A DNA stretch of 64,000 nucleotides, taken from Dehalococcoidia bacterium. Lineage in GTDB: Bacteria > Chloroflexota > Dehalococcoidia > GIF9 > AB-539-J10. Of the stretch, positions 44,681 through 53,064 are shown in pieces. The stretch lies in contig JAUWQI010000002.1 in assembly GCA_030611085.1 (NCBI GenBank), positions 37,961 to 101,960 of the forward strand, given 5' to 3'. Below the pieces are notes generated by a model. The model was not told where the DNA came from and did not search any database. It saw only the letters and a program-made list of their open reading frames with translations. The first letter of the stretch is position 1; every line of letters begins with the position of its first letter. Position numbers and translations under genes: made by a program.

Positions 44681-45730
44681 CTATATTTCCCCCTTCTTAT
44701 TCTCAAAATATCTATTTATAGCAGCTGGTGGATAGATTCCTCTATCAGTGATAATGGCATCTATAAATTTTGGAGGAGTGCTGTCAAAAGCAGGGTAGAA
44801 GCCTTTAACGCCCTCAGGGGCAATTCTTTCACCTGGCCCGCAAAGCAATTCTTCAGGATTGCGAATTTCTATCTCAGCATCCTTATATGTCAATGTTTTG
44901 GAATCCGGCCCCGCACCGAAGCAATAAAAGGGGATATTATGCTCATGAGCAGCAATGGCAATTTGATAAGTCCCTATCTTGTTAGTGACCCCTCCGTCCA
45001 TAGATACTCGATCAGCCCCAACAAAGACCTTGTTTATCAATCCTTGTTGCATGCAGTAAGCAGGCATGTTATCTGCTATAAGGGTAACATCAAATCCACC
45101 TTGCTTTAGAACAAAAGAAGTTAGACGCGCCCCTTGCATATATGGCCTGGTCTCAGTGCAAAAAAATTTCACTTTCTTGCCCTCTTCTCTTGCGTAATAA
45201 CCTGTGAAATATATTATTGGCCCAGCATAACAATGGGTTAAAACTGTGTCGTTATCCCTTACCAGTTGCGATGCATACTGGCCTACCTTTCGATAACTTT
45301 CCTCCATCTTATCAACCCGTGTAATCACTGCCCTTTTAATTACTTCGAAGGGCTCCTCCCCTGTTTCTATAGCATTATTTGCTTCTGCACCTAATCTATC
45401 GACGAAATAATGGAGTGACGATTGTGTCGGTCTCGTGTCCTTTATTCTTTCAATTGCCTTGGTAAGATAAGCTCGCATTGCTTTTTTATCCTTATCCCTT
45501 GCCTCATAAGCGGCTATAAGGATTCCATATCCTCCAGCAATGGAAACCCCTTCACTTTGAGTAACCATCTTTTCTATGGCGATTGCAACTCCTTCGTAGT
45601 TATGACACCGGTAATATTCCACTCTTCTGGGTAGCAATCGTCGATCTAATATCACAACCTGCCCCTTTTCTTCATCGAAAAATATGTTCTTATGAAGATC
45701 AATTAGAATAGGTACTTTATCTCCAGGCAT
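44681..45730 (-). CDS. eIF-2B/MtnA-family isomerase paralog (divergent; substrate unknown)
   Basis: 349 aa; THCYAGP, CTETRPYMQGARLT, GADRVSMDGGVTNKIGTY; but the N-terminal segment is VTQSEGVSIAGGYG instead of IRGAP.IG.AAAYG. Confidence 0.7.
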   Translation of the reverse strand: MPGDKVPILIDLHKNIFFDEEKGQVVILDRRLLPRRVEYYRCHNYEGVAIAIEKMVTQSEGVSIAGGYGILIAAYEARDKDKKAMRAYLTKAIERIKDTRPTQSSLHYFVDRLGAEANNAIETGEEPFEVIKRAVITRVDKMEESYRKVGQYASQLVRDNDTVLTHCYAGPIIYFTGYYAREEGKKVKFFCTETRPYMQGARLTSFVLKQGGFDVTLIADNMPAYCMQQGLINKVFVGADRVSMDGGVTNKIGTYQIAIAAHEHNIPFYCFGAGPDSKTLTYKDAEIEIRNPEELLCGPGERIAPEGVKGFYPAFDSTPPKFIDAIITDRGIYPPAAINRYFENKKGEI

Positions 45731-45966
45731 AATTCTATTTACCCCCTTGAATCAATTCGCTTAAACTCTTAGTAAATTATAAAGTATCTTGAGCCCTTAC
45801 TAAAATTTGTGTTAATCACTGAGTAGCATCACACTAAAGCCATTCTTATTTCCACAAAGAACGAAACAAAATGGGAGAGGAATTCCAGGGGCTAATTTAG
45901 ATTAGAAAAGAAAAGGCTGTTTTTGCTATAATTACCGTGGAATCTTATTCCTTGTAGCAAAGAAAA

Positions 45967-46644
45967 ATGGCTAAAGATTACTATCAGATTTTGGGTGTGC
46001 CGAGGAACGCCTCGAAAGAGAAGATTAAGAAAGCCTATAGAAAGCTGGCGATGCAATATCACCCTGATAGAAATCCTGGGAAAGGAAAATGGGCTAACGA
46101 GAAATTCAAAGAGATAAATGAGGCCTACGGAGTTCTTGGCGACCCTGAGAAAAGAAAACAATATAACCAATTTGGCACGGTGGGCAACATTGGCGACATC
46201 TTCGGCAGCCCCTCCACCAGAACCACCTTCGAAGATATGATGAAGGATTTTGGCGGAGCCGGGTTAGGATTCGACTTTCTTGATGGCATATTTGGCGATT
46301 CCTTGAAGGGCAGAGGTTTCTCTTTTAAGCGATTTAGCCAGGGCTTTGGCGGTGCTCCAGGAGTAAGATTCGAGACTTTCCCCAGCGGCGGAATCAATCT
46401 CGATGAGATATTCGGCCGTAGCGCGGAGGCTAGTCCCCCACCTCAGGGTATCCGTTATGTGCTTACTATTACTCCTCAAGAGGCTTCGCAAGGAACAAAG
46501 AAAATATTAACTAGAAAGGGAAAGAGGTTAGCGGTAAAGATTCCTGCAGGAGTAAGAACAGGCAGCGTGGTGAAGTTGAGCAATGCTCGCCAGATAACCG
46601 ATGGTATGCCAGGAGACATCCTGATTCAAATTGCAGTTAAGTAG
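45967..46644 (+). CDS. J-domain protein (short DnaJ/CbpA-like, no zinc finger)
   Basis: 225 aa; [35 protein letters not shown]-rich linker, short C-terminal beta domain. Confidence 0.8.
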   Translation: MAKDYYQILGVPRNASKEKIKKAYRKLAMQYHPDRNPGKGKWANEKFKEINEAYGVLGDPEKRKQYNQFGTVGNIGDIFGSPSTRTTFEDMMKDFGGAGLGFDFLDGIFGDSLKGRGFSFKRFSQGFGGAPGVRFETFPSGGINLDEIFGRSAEASPPPQGIRYVLTITPQEASQGTKKILTRKGKRLAVKIPAGVRTGSVVKLSNARQITDGMPGDILIQIAVK

Positions 46645-46663
46645 TATATAATATTATGGCTAC

Positions 46664-46713
46664 TCCCTCACTTAGCCTCTCCCTTGAAGGGAGAGGATTG
46701 AGGTGAGGGTGAA
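46664..46713. repeat. R2 repeat (inverted orientation)
   Basis: ccctcacttagcctctcccttgaagggagaggattgaggtgagggtgaat. Confidence 0.8.
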
Positions 46714-46722
46714 TTGAGAATT

Positions 46723-47691
46723 ATGAAAAAGATTGCTGTTTTAACTAGCGGTGGTGATGCTCCGGGGATGAACGCTTGCATCAGGGCCATCGTTCGTTGT
46801 GCTGCCAGTCACAAGCTGGAAGTAATGGGAATCCGGCGGGGGTATGCTGGTTTGCTGGAAGGGGACTTTGTAAAATTGGGACCCAGGTCGGTAGCTAATA
46901 TTATCCACCGTGGGGGAACTTTTCTGGAAACAGCTCGTTGTGAGGAAATGAAGACAGCAGAAGGTATAAAGAAAGCAGTTGAAGTTTTGCAACGGGAAGG
47001 CGTTGAAGAATTAATAACCATAGGTGGAGATGGCACCTTCCGTGGTGCGGTAGCCTTAGCTGAAGCGGGAGACACAAAGGTAATCGGCGTCCCCGGCACC
47101 ATAGATAACGATGTCTATGGCACTGACTATGCTATTGGCTTCGATACCGCCACAAATACAGCTTTAGATGCCATAGATAAGATTAGGGATACCGCGGGGT
47201 CTTTACAACGCCCCTTCTTTATTGAGGTTATGGGAAAGGACAGGGGATTCATCGCTTTGGATGTAGGGATTGCCGGTGGAGCCGAGGACATCCTGATTCC
47301 AGAAACAGAGACGAAAATAGAAGAGCTTTGCCTTAGCATAAAGCGAAACTTCAAGAAAGGTAAAAAATGCAGTATTGTGATAGTTGCTGAAGGAGATGAA
47401 GCGGGAGGCGTTTTTCAGATTGCTCAGGAAGTATGGGAGCGATTGAGGTTGGATTACCGTATTTGTGTCTTGGGGCATATACAAAGAGGCGGCTCACCCA
47501 CAGCTAGAGATAGGATTTTGGCCAGCAAGTTAGGAGCGGCAGCCGTGGATGCTTTAGCTGGTGGCAAGTCAGGCTACATGGTGGGAGAACTAAAAGGTGA
47601 ACTAGCCCTTACTCCTCTAAGAGACGCATGGGAGAAGAGGAAGGAATTAGACAACAACTTGTTACAGTTAATGAAGGTATTGTCGGCATGA
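46723..47691 (+). CDS. pfkA: ATP-dependent 6-phosphofructokinase
   Basis: MKKIAVLTSGGDAPGMNACIRAIVR, IGGDGTFRGA, GVPGTIDNDV, LGHIQRGGSPTARDR. Confidence 0.9.
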   Translation: MKKIAVLTSGGDAPGMNACIRAIVRCAASHKLEVMGIRRGYAGLLEGDFVKLGPRSVANIIHRGGTFLETARCEEMKTAEGIKKAVEVLQREGVEELITIGGDGTFRGAVALAEAGDTKVIGVPGTIDNDVYGTDYAIGFDTATNTALDAIDKIRDTAGSLQRPFFIEVMGKDRGFIALDVGIAGGAEDILIPETETKIEELCLSIKRNFKKGKKCSIVIVAEGDEAGGVFQIAQEVWERLRLDYRICVLGHIQRGGSPTARDRILASKLGAAAVDALAGGKSGYMVGELKGELALTPLRDAWEKRKELDNNLLQLMKVLSA

Positions 47692-47777
47692 GCCCTTCGC
47701 TCCCTCTGTCATTCTGAGCGAAGCGAAGAATCTCGTGGCGCTCAGAATAAACCATGTAGTGAGCGAAGCGAATCTAT
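47691..47777. repeat. R1 repeat (composite) between pfkA and the aldolase gene
   Basis: agcccttcgctccctctgtcattctgagcgaagcgaagaatctcgtggcgctcagaataa..gagcgaagcgaatc. Confidence 0.85.
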
Positions 47778-47787
47778 CCGCGAAAAA

Positions 47788-48759
47788 ATGAAAAAGCTAT
47801 CTATAGGCAAAATAAGAGGCTTGCAGCAACTAGCCAATGATAAGGGCATCATGACGATGTGCGCCCTGGACCACCGAGGCTCGCTCAAGAAAATGCTTGG
47901 TAGAAAACACCCCGCCAGCTATCAAGACATGGTGGATTTTAAGCTGGACTTGTGTCGAATTTTAGCTCCTCATGCTAGCGCTATTCTTCTCGACCCCATT
48001 TATGGAGCCGGTCAGGCAGTTGCTGCTGGCGTTCTCCCTAAAGCCACTGGATTGCTCGTGAGTCTGGAGAAAAGTGGCTATTCAGGGGAAGCAGAGGCAC
48101 GAATCACTGAATTGCTGCCCGATTGGAATGTTAAAAAGATAAAGAAAATGGGGGCGACGGCGGCTAAGCTCTTGCTCTATTATCGCCCCGATAGCGATGT
48201 TGCCCAAAGGCAATTGAACACAGTGAAAAAGCTGACTGAGGATTGCCTCACAGAAGATATACCCTTTGTGGTTGAGCCAATGAGTTATAAAGTAGGAGAA
48301 GCAGAAAGCAATCCTCAAAACTTTGCCAAAGTGAAGCCACAGCTAGTTATTGAAACAGCAAGGCAAATCACAGCCCTTCCCATTGATGTGCTCAAGGCAG
48401 AATTTCCCGCCGACCTTGAATATGAAAGAGACGAGAGCCAATTATTGGATTTCTGCCATCAGCTTGATGAGGCAAGTCAAGTTCCCTGGGTTATCTTGAG
48501 CGCTGGAGTCAGTTTTGAGCTATTCTATAGACAGGTGGAGATAGCCTGCCAGGCAGGAGCTTCTGGCTTCTTAGCCGGGCGTGCCTTGTGGCAGGAAGCA
48601 ACACAGGCTAGCTCTAGACAAGAACGATTAAAATTCTTGGAGACCACTGTGGTTGAGAGGCTCGAAAACCTAACTAAAGTAGCCAATAAATATGCTACTC
48701 CCTGGCACACTAAACTTGAAGCTAGCCAGGTAGATGAGAACTGGTATCGGGCTTACTGA
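47788..48759 (+). CDS. Class I aldolase of the LacD/tagatose-bisphosphate aldolase family (likely FBP aldolase role next to pfkA)
   Basis: 323 aa; MCALDHRGSLKKML resembles LacD ALAFDQRGALKQMM; KAEFP later. Confidence 0.65.
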   Translation: MKKLSIGKIRGLQQLANDKGIMTMCALDHRGSLKKMLGRKHPASYQDMVDFKLDLCRILAPHASAILLDPIYGAGQAVAAGVLPKATGLLVSLEKSGYSGEAEARITELLPDWNVKKIKKMGATAAKLLLYYRPDSDVAQRQLNTVKKLTEDCLTEDIPFVVEPMSYKVGEAESNPQNFAKVKPQLVIETARQITALPIDVLKAEFPADLEYERDESQLLDFCHQLDEASQVPWVILSAGVSFELFYRQVEIACQAGASGFLAGRALWQEATQASSRQERLKFLETTVVERLENLTKVANKYATPWHTKLEASQVDENWYRAY

Positions 48760-48854
48760 GTTAAAAGCACGCCTTTAAGGTTACGCATTATAGCGGTATG
48801 TGTAATACCCCTAGTAACTCTTACTGGAAGAAAATTTCTCCTAGTCTGCTTGCC

Positions 48855-48884
48855 TTGACTTCCCTAATTGTCGGGGGATAGAGT
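48855..48884 (+). promoter_or_regulatory. Candidate promoter TTGACT-N18-TAGAGT; would give a leaderless or near-leaderless HEAT-gene mRNA
   Basis: The -10-like hexamer ends 7 nt before ATG 48892; no SD in between. Confidence 0.25.
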
Positions 48885-48891
48885 ACGCAGG

Positions 48892-49347
48892 ATGGGGTTA
48901 TTTAAGCCAAATGTTGAGAAAATGAGAGCCGAGGATGATGTTGAAGGCTTGATAAAGGCGCTGGGGAGGAATGATGACATTCGAGTTGCGGGAGTAGTGG
49001 AAGATGCTCTTGGAGAGATAGGGCACAGAACCACTGAACCTTTCATTGAAGCTCTGAGAGATAAGGATTCTGGTGTCCGTAGTGGAGCTGCCTGGATTCT
49101 TGGGAATATCAAAGATGCCAGGGCCCAAGAACCACTCATTGAAGCTCTAAAGGATAAGGATAAAGATGTTAGATGGCTAGCAGTAACGGCTCTCGGAGAT
49201 ATCGGAGATGAGAGGGCAATAGGCCCTATCAGCATGGTTCCCACTGATGATGACGAATTCCTTAAGGAAATGGTAGCGGAGGCGCTTAAACAAATAAGGA
49301 GTAGATATCAAGAGATAAAAGGAGGGAGATTACAAGATGGCAACTAA
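48892..49347 (+). CDS. HEAT-repeat (PBS-lyase HEAT-like) protein
   Basis: Repeated ~31-aa units: EDALGEIGHRTTEPFIEALRDKDSGVRSGAAWILGNIKDARAQEPLIEALKDKDKDVRWLAVTALGDIGDERAIGPI. The ORF-track start 48868 is a TTG. Confidence 0.7.
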   Translation: MGLFKPNVEKMRAEDDVEGLIKALGRNDDIRVAGVVEDALGEIGHRTTEPFIEALRDKDSGVRSGAAWILGNIKDARAQEPLIEALKDKDKDVRWLAVTALGDIGDERAIGPISMVPTDDDEFLKEMVAEALKQIRSRYQEIKGGRLQDGN

Positions 49348-50062
49348 AGAAGATTTCCAAAAGGCTCCGACTAAGGTCATAGTTTTCAGTCCATGTTCTG
49401 ACAGTAAAAGTGATAAGCTAGAAATCACCCGTGGTTTTAAGACACCAGAAGCCTACCTAGAAAGCCATGAGCTTCTCGAAAAGCTGAGGAACACGCGGAA
49501 GCATATTCTTGAGGAACTCGGAGCGCAAAAGGGAAATAAGGCAACTTATGCTTTAGACCTTTATACCGGGCGTGCTTACGCAGAGATGAGAAGCAGTGGC
49601 AGTTATGATCGGTTGAAACAAAGATTATTAAGTGGAGATGAAATTCAGTGGTTTTTCCTTTCAGGCGCCTATGGTGTCATAAATGCACTCGAAAAGGCTT
49701 TGAGATATGAGGCTACCTTTAATAGGAGCATTGCGAATAAAAACAAAATTCCTTGGACCGCCGACATATGGCGTAAAACAGGCTTGTCTAGGATGTGCGA
49801 TGAAATTATTCAGTGGTTTAATCTATCGTTTGTATACATTTTCGGTAGCAGAGATTACACAGATTTCATCAAAGGCACAAATTTTTGGAATGGGGGCGAT
49901 ATTAAAGGTGTCAAAATGTTTGAGAGTACCGGGCAGAATGGAACCAACTGGCTTTCGCCGCGGCTGAACCACTTGGCTGAAGCGATTCTCAGAGGTAATT
50001 TGGATAATTTTAACTCTAGATATCCGAAGAGGTTTTATAAACAAGGAGAGTGTGGTAACTAG
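49337..50062 (+). CDS. Hypothetical protein with YaaA(DUF328)/DUF6884-like motif order
   Basis: 241 aa; GGAGGG RBS; VIVFSPCSDSKSD .. ALDLYTGRAYAEM .. WFFLSGAYGVINALEKALRYEATF. The family assignment is from memory of motif order only. Confidence 0.45.
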   Translation: MATKEDFQKAPTKVIVFSPCSDSKSDKLEITRGFKTPEAYLESHELLEKLRNTRKHILEELGAQKGNKATYALDLYTGRAYAEMRSSGSYDRLKQRLLSGDEIQWFFLSGAYGVINALEKALRYEATFNRSIANKNKIPWTADIWRKTGLSRMCDEIIQWFNLSFVYIFGSRDYTDFIKGTNFWNGGDIKGVKMFESTGQNGTNWLSPRLNHLAEAILRGNLDNFNSRYPKRFYKQGECGN

Positions 50063-51345
50063 TGAGGATAGAAGTAACTGGAGCCCGAGATAGTCTCCTG
50101 TTTCATTGGCCTGAGGGTGCCGAAGAATATAGTCCAGTTATCAAGGTCGGGGTGTCAGGCTTCAACTATGCTAAGCCTCCTAAGCTATATATAGCCTATG
50201 GTTACCGAAAAGTGTTTGGAGCCCTACGCAGGCGTATCTTGGTTTTCAGAAATGAAGCCGATGTCCTTGCTGAGTTTGTCGGTGCGGATAGTTGGGCACA
50301 GGATAAGCGAGTTGCTACATTCCTCCGGAGGGATGGAAGCAAAAGCTATCTTCGTGTGGATGACCCTCTCCCTTCCCGTTACAAGGTGTTTAATGTAGTT
50401 CGTTCACAGTCTGTCGTTACAGGGCCATACGCTCCTCAGTGCTTTGCTGCCATCGTTGATGAAGCAGATTTGCCTTTGCTAGCAGCAGTTGCCATAGCAA
50501 GAGAGCAGGGAGAGGCTCCTGACATGGCAGAGACAATCCCTATCGTTAAGCCAACTACTGTTGATGCCATCAATCCACCGGTAGCAAGCCACGACCGCAG
50601 CCGAGATGCGGTACAAGCTCTTCTCGATTATCGCAGTAAACAAGAGACTGGAGGCTCTTTCACTGGCGGTAATAAAGAAGCGGACGAATTTTTACGCCAG
50701 AATCCTTTTGCATTCCTGATGGCAGCCTCAATTGACAGAGGAGCACTTGCCGAGGCAGTGTGGGAAATTCCCTTTCTTCTGAATAAGAAGCTTGGGCAGC
50801 TTGACCCCAAATTACTATCTCAAATGAGATTAGAGCAGCTAGAGGAGGTCTTACGTTCGCTGGATAGGAAACCACGCTTTCCGAGACAATCAGCCCAAAC
50901 GATAATTTCTCTTTCTGGATTGGTGTTCAATCAATTTCATGGGAACGCAGCCAATATATGGGAGGATAAAAAGCCATCGAATATCGTGCAAACTCTAGAG
51001 CAAATTTGGGGCGTTGGCCCCGGCATTGCTCACATGATAGTTCGTATTCTGGTAGATGAATTTGGCTACGATCCTGGCCCAGAAGGATTGAGACAAATTG
51101 ATGTCAAGCCTGATACACATATTATAAGAGTATTCTGTAGAACAGGACTTACTCAGAATAGGAGTGGGAAGGCCTGTGTAGAGGCTGCGCGACAACTATA
51201 CCCAGAGTTTCCTGGATTACTAGATTGGCCAGCTTGGGAAATTGGACGAACTTGGTGCCATGAGCATAGTCCAGAATGCGTGAAATGTCCTCTCTACAAT
51301 ATTTGTCCGACGATTGACATTCGGATAAAGGAAAGGCAAAGTTGA
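50062..51345 (+). CDS. Two-domain protein: unknown ~200-aa N-terminal domain + HhH-GPD DNA-glycosylase-like domain with EndoIII/MutY-type 4Fe-4S cluster loop
   Basis: 427 aa, GTG start in a TAGTG overlap. HhH LEQIWGVGPGIAHMIV, DPGPEGLRQIDVKPDTHIIRV (Gly/Pro loop + Asp), CHEHSPECVKCPLYNIC = C-X6-C-X2-C-X5-C. Confidence 0.7.
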   Translation: MRIEVTGARDSLLFHWPEGAEEYSPVIKVGVSGFNYAKPPKLYIAYGYRKVFGALRRRILVFRNEADVLAEFVGADSWAQDKRVATFLRRDGSKSYLRVDDPLPSRYKVFNVVRSQSVVTGPYAPQCFAAIVDEADLPLLAAVAIAREQGEAPDMAETIPIVKPTTVDAINPPVASHDRSRDAVQALLDYRSKQETGGSFTGGNKEADEFLRQNPFAFLMAASIDRGALAEAVWEIPFLLNKKLGQLDPKLLSQMRLEQLEEVLRSLDRKPRFPRQSAQTIISLSGLVFNQFHGNAANIWEDKKPSNIVQTLEQIWGVGPGIAHMIVRILVDEFGYDPGPEGLRQIDVKPDTHIIRVFCRTGLTQNRSGKACVEAARQLYPEFPGLLDWPAWEIGRTWCHEHSPECVKCPLYNICPTIDIRIKERQS

Positions 51346-51511
51346 GGAGTATGTCCAGTACGACAGAAGTCCATAACATGTATAGGGTCACAGAAGCTCG
51401 ATTTGTTACCTCATTGCACAATCGTCCAAAATGTTTATCCTTAATAAAAAGTGCTTCTCAGGCACTGAGGCACCAAGTAATAACTCTGACTTCTAGCGAC
51501 TTCAGCATTTT

Positions 51512-52149
51512 TTACCATGATTTAACATGTTTTGCGATGGCATTTATCGCCTCGAATGTCTCTAAAGAAGGCAAAGAGTAGCCAGTTCTTATCCTGGCGT
51601 ATTCCTGTTTCGGCTCAGGAAAAATCCAAATACTCCCTTTTAAATCTTTAAGATTAGATTGTAATAGTCTATCTTCCAGACCATAGTCGAAATTAAGGCT
51701 CTCTGCCTTTGAGATTGATCCGCGGAGTCTGTCCTGAGCGAGATTCTTCGGTCGCTTCGCTTCCTCAGAATGACAGGAAGCGAAGGGCTCGCAATAACAG
51801 GGGGAGGTATTCGCTTCCCTATCATGTTTGGGGTCTCCACTAAATAATCCATAAAGTAATTTGTTCCATATTGGCTAGCTACGCCGATAACATTTATGGA
51901 ATCTATATTTCTATCCTTCAGCTCAATAATTCCCATAGATTTCTCGCCCGAAGCGCGTTTCAGGCCTATCTTTTCCTGCTCGACTCCAGCTTCTACCGCA
52001 TATGCCTTCACTCCCATTTCCTGAAGATGCTGGCAAAGCTCCTCGCCTTTTGGGGACTACTTCTTCTTTCTTTTGCGCAGGGTCAATATCCCACTAGCCA
52101 CTACAGCGGCAAATACGAAGCCGAGTAAGTTACTCCAGTCCCAGTCCAT
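51512..52149 (-). pseudogene. Decayed membrane-anchored gene: in-frame TAG, R1 repeat insertion and frame change
   Basis: Minus strand: MDWDWSNLLGFVFAAVVASGILTLRKRKKK-TAG-SPKGEELCQHLQEMGVKAYAVEAG..MDYLVETPNMIGKRIPP, then R1 (51717-51800). The reading then continues in another frame: ISKAESLNFDYGLEDRLLQSNLKDLKGSIWIFPEPKQEYARIRTGYSLPSLETFEAINAIAKHVKSW*. Confidence 0.4.
51717..51800. repeat. R1 repeat (composite) inside the decayed ORF
   Basis: ctgtcctgagcgagattcttcggtcgcttcgcttcctcagaatgacaggaagcgaagggctcgcaataac. Confidence 0.85.
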
Positions 52150-52154
52150 ATAGC

Positions 52155-52403
52155 CTAAATTTTCTCTATTTCAAACCTGTAATCTTCGATCACGGGATTA
52201 GCTAGCAACTTCTTACACATCTCATTGACTTGCTGTTGTGCAATACTTGAGTCGTTTTCCTCTAGCTTAACTTCCATATACTTACCAGCACGGACACTTG
52301 TCACCTCGGCGAAACCCAAATTATGCAACGCTCCCTTTATGGTCAAGCCCTGGGGGTCGTTAACCGTGGGTTTTAAAGTGATATAAATTTTAGCTAGATA
52401 CAT
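52155..52403 (-). CDS. purS: Phosphoribosylformylglycinamidine synthase subunit PurS
   Basis: 82 aa; ITLKPTVNDPQGLTIKGALHNLGF, LANPVIEDYRFEI. Confidence 0.85.
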   Translation of the reverse strand: MYLAKIYITLKPTVNDPQGLTIKGALHNLGFAEVTSVRAGKYMEVKLEENDSSIAQQQVNEMCKKLLANPVIEDYRFEIEKI

Positions 52404-52421
52404 TTTGAAACTCCTTTCAAT

Positions 52422-52640
52422 TCATAGCAGTTCAAGGAATTCTTTTACCGAGAGCTCTGCTACTCGAATTATGCTCCTCAGCGTCCCAGGGTCTAACTCC
52501 TTATGCTTGGGAACAGTTACTGGATTTCGTCCTAGACATCTTAACCTCACATGATCTCCCTTAGTCCGAGCCACATAATACCCTAAACGCTCTAAAGCCT
52601 TTATGCATTCGTCCCCAGAAATAATCGGCAGTTTTGCCAT
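52422..52640 (-). CDS. hicA: HicA-family mRNA interferase toxin
   Basis: 72 aa; ISGDECIKALERLGYYVARTKGDHVRL..TVPKHKELDPGTLRSIIR. Confidence 0.8.
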   Translation of the reverse strand: MAKLPIISGDECIKALERLGYYVARTKGDHVRLRCLGRNPVTVPKHKELDPGTLRSIIRVAELSVKEFLELL

Positions 52641-52852
52641 CAGGCAGCCACTTCAATCTGTTCAATAGTGTACTCGTTGTTAAGTATCCATCCCTCTTCT
52701 TCTGCACTCTCCAAACACAACTCAGCGGCTTCCTTGATGTTAGCCAACGCCTCTTTTACAGTTTTCCCTTGAGAGATGCAACCAGGCAGGACAGGCACTT
52801 CAGCTACAATATATCCTGCCTCACCTGGTCTTAGAACTACTGGTAACTTCAT
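52640..52852 (-). CDS. hicB: HicB-family antitoxin (UPF0150, single domain)
   Basis: 70 aa; GYIVAEVPVLPGCISQGKTVKEALANIKEAAELCLE; 1-nt overlap with hicA. Confidence 0.8.
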   Translation of the reverse strand: MKLPVVLRPGEAGYIVAEVPVLPGCISQGKTVKEALANIKEAAELCLESAEEEGWILNNEYTIEQIEVAA

Positions 52853-52974
52853 ATTCAGAGCCTCCTACAAGAAATTTACGCCATTCATCTCTACTAATCA
52901 ACACTTATGCTTAAATCGCATACTTCGTATTTCCCTCGCAAACCAACACTCTACAAGCTGTCTAAAAATACCCT

Positions 52975-53030
52975 CGTAGGGGAGGGACTTGTCCCCTCCC
53001 AATTTGCGGGAGCCTGCAAGAGACTCCCCC
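52975..53030. repeat. R3b palindromic repeat
   Basis: cgtaggggagggacttgtcccctcccaatttgcgggagcctgcaagagactccc. Confidence 0.65.
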
Positions 53031-53064
53031 CACAGAAATTTTTGGACTCCCGCTCCACATCTAA

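Noticed and set aside
39000-51400. Calling either unknown cassette a mobile element or genomic island
   Set aside because: No integrase, transposase, direct att repeats or conjugation genes are visible. Only the compositional skew and the nearby tRNA genes point that way, so I kept them as findings rather than mobile_element features.
51342-51581. 79-aa plus-strand ORF, and the 51149-51421 minus-strand ORF after the glycosylase-like gene
   Set aside because: No RBS or motifs. They overlap the 3' end of a supported gene or the decayed-gene region, so they are probably non-coding.
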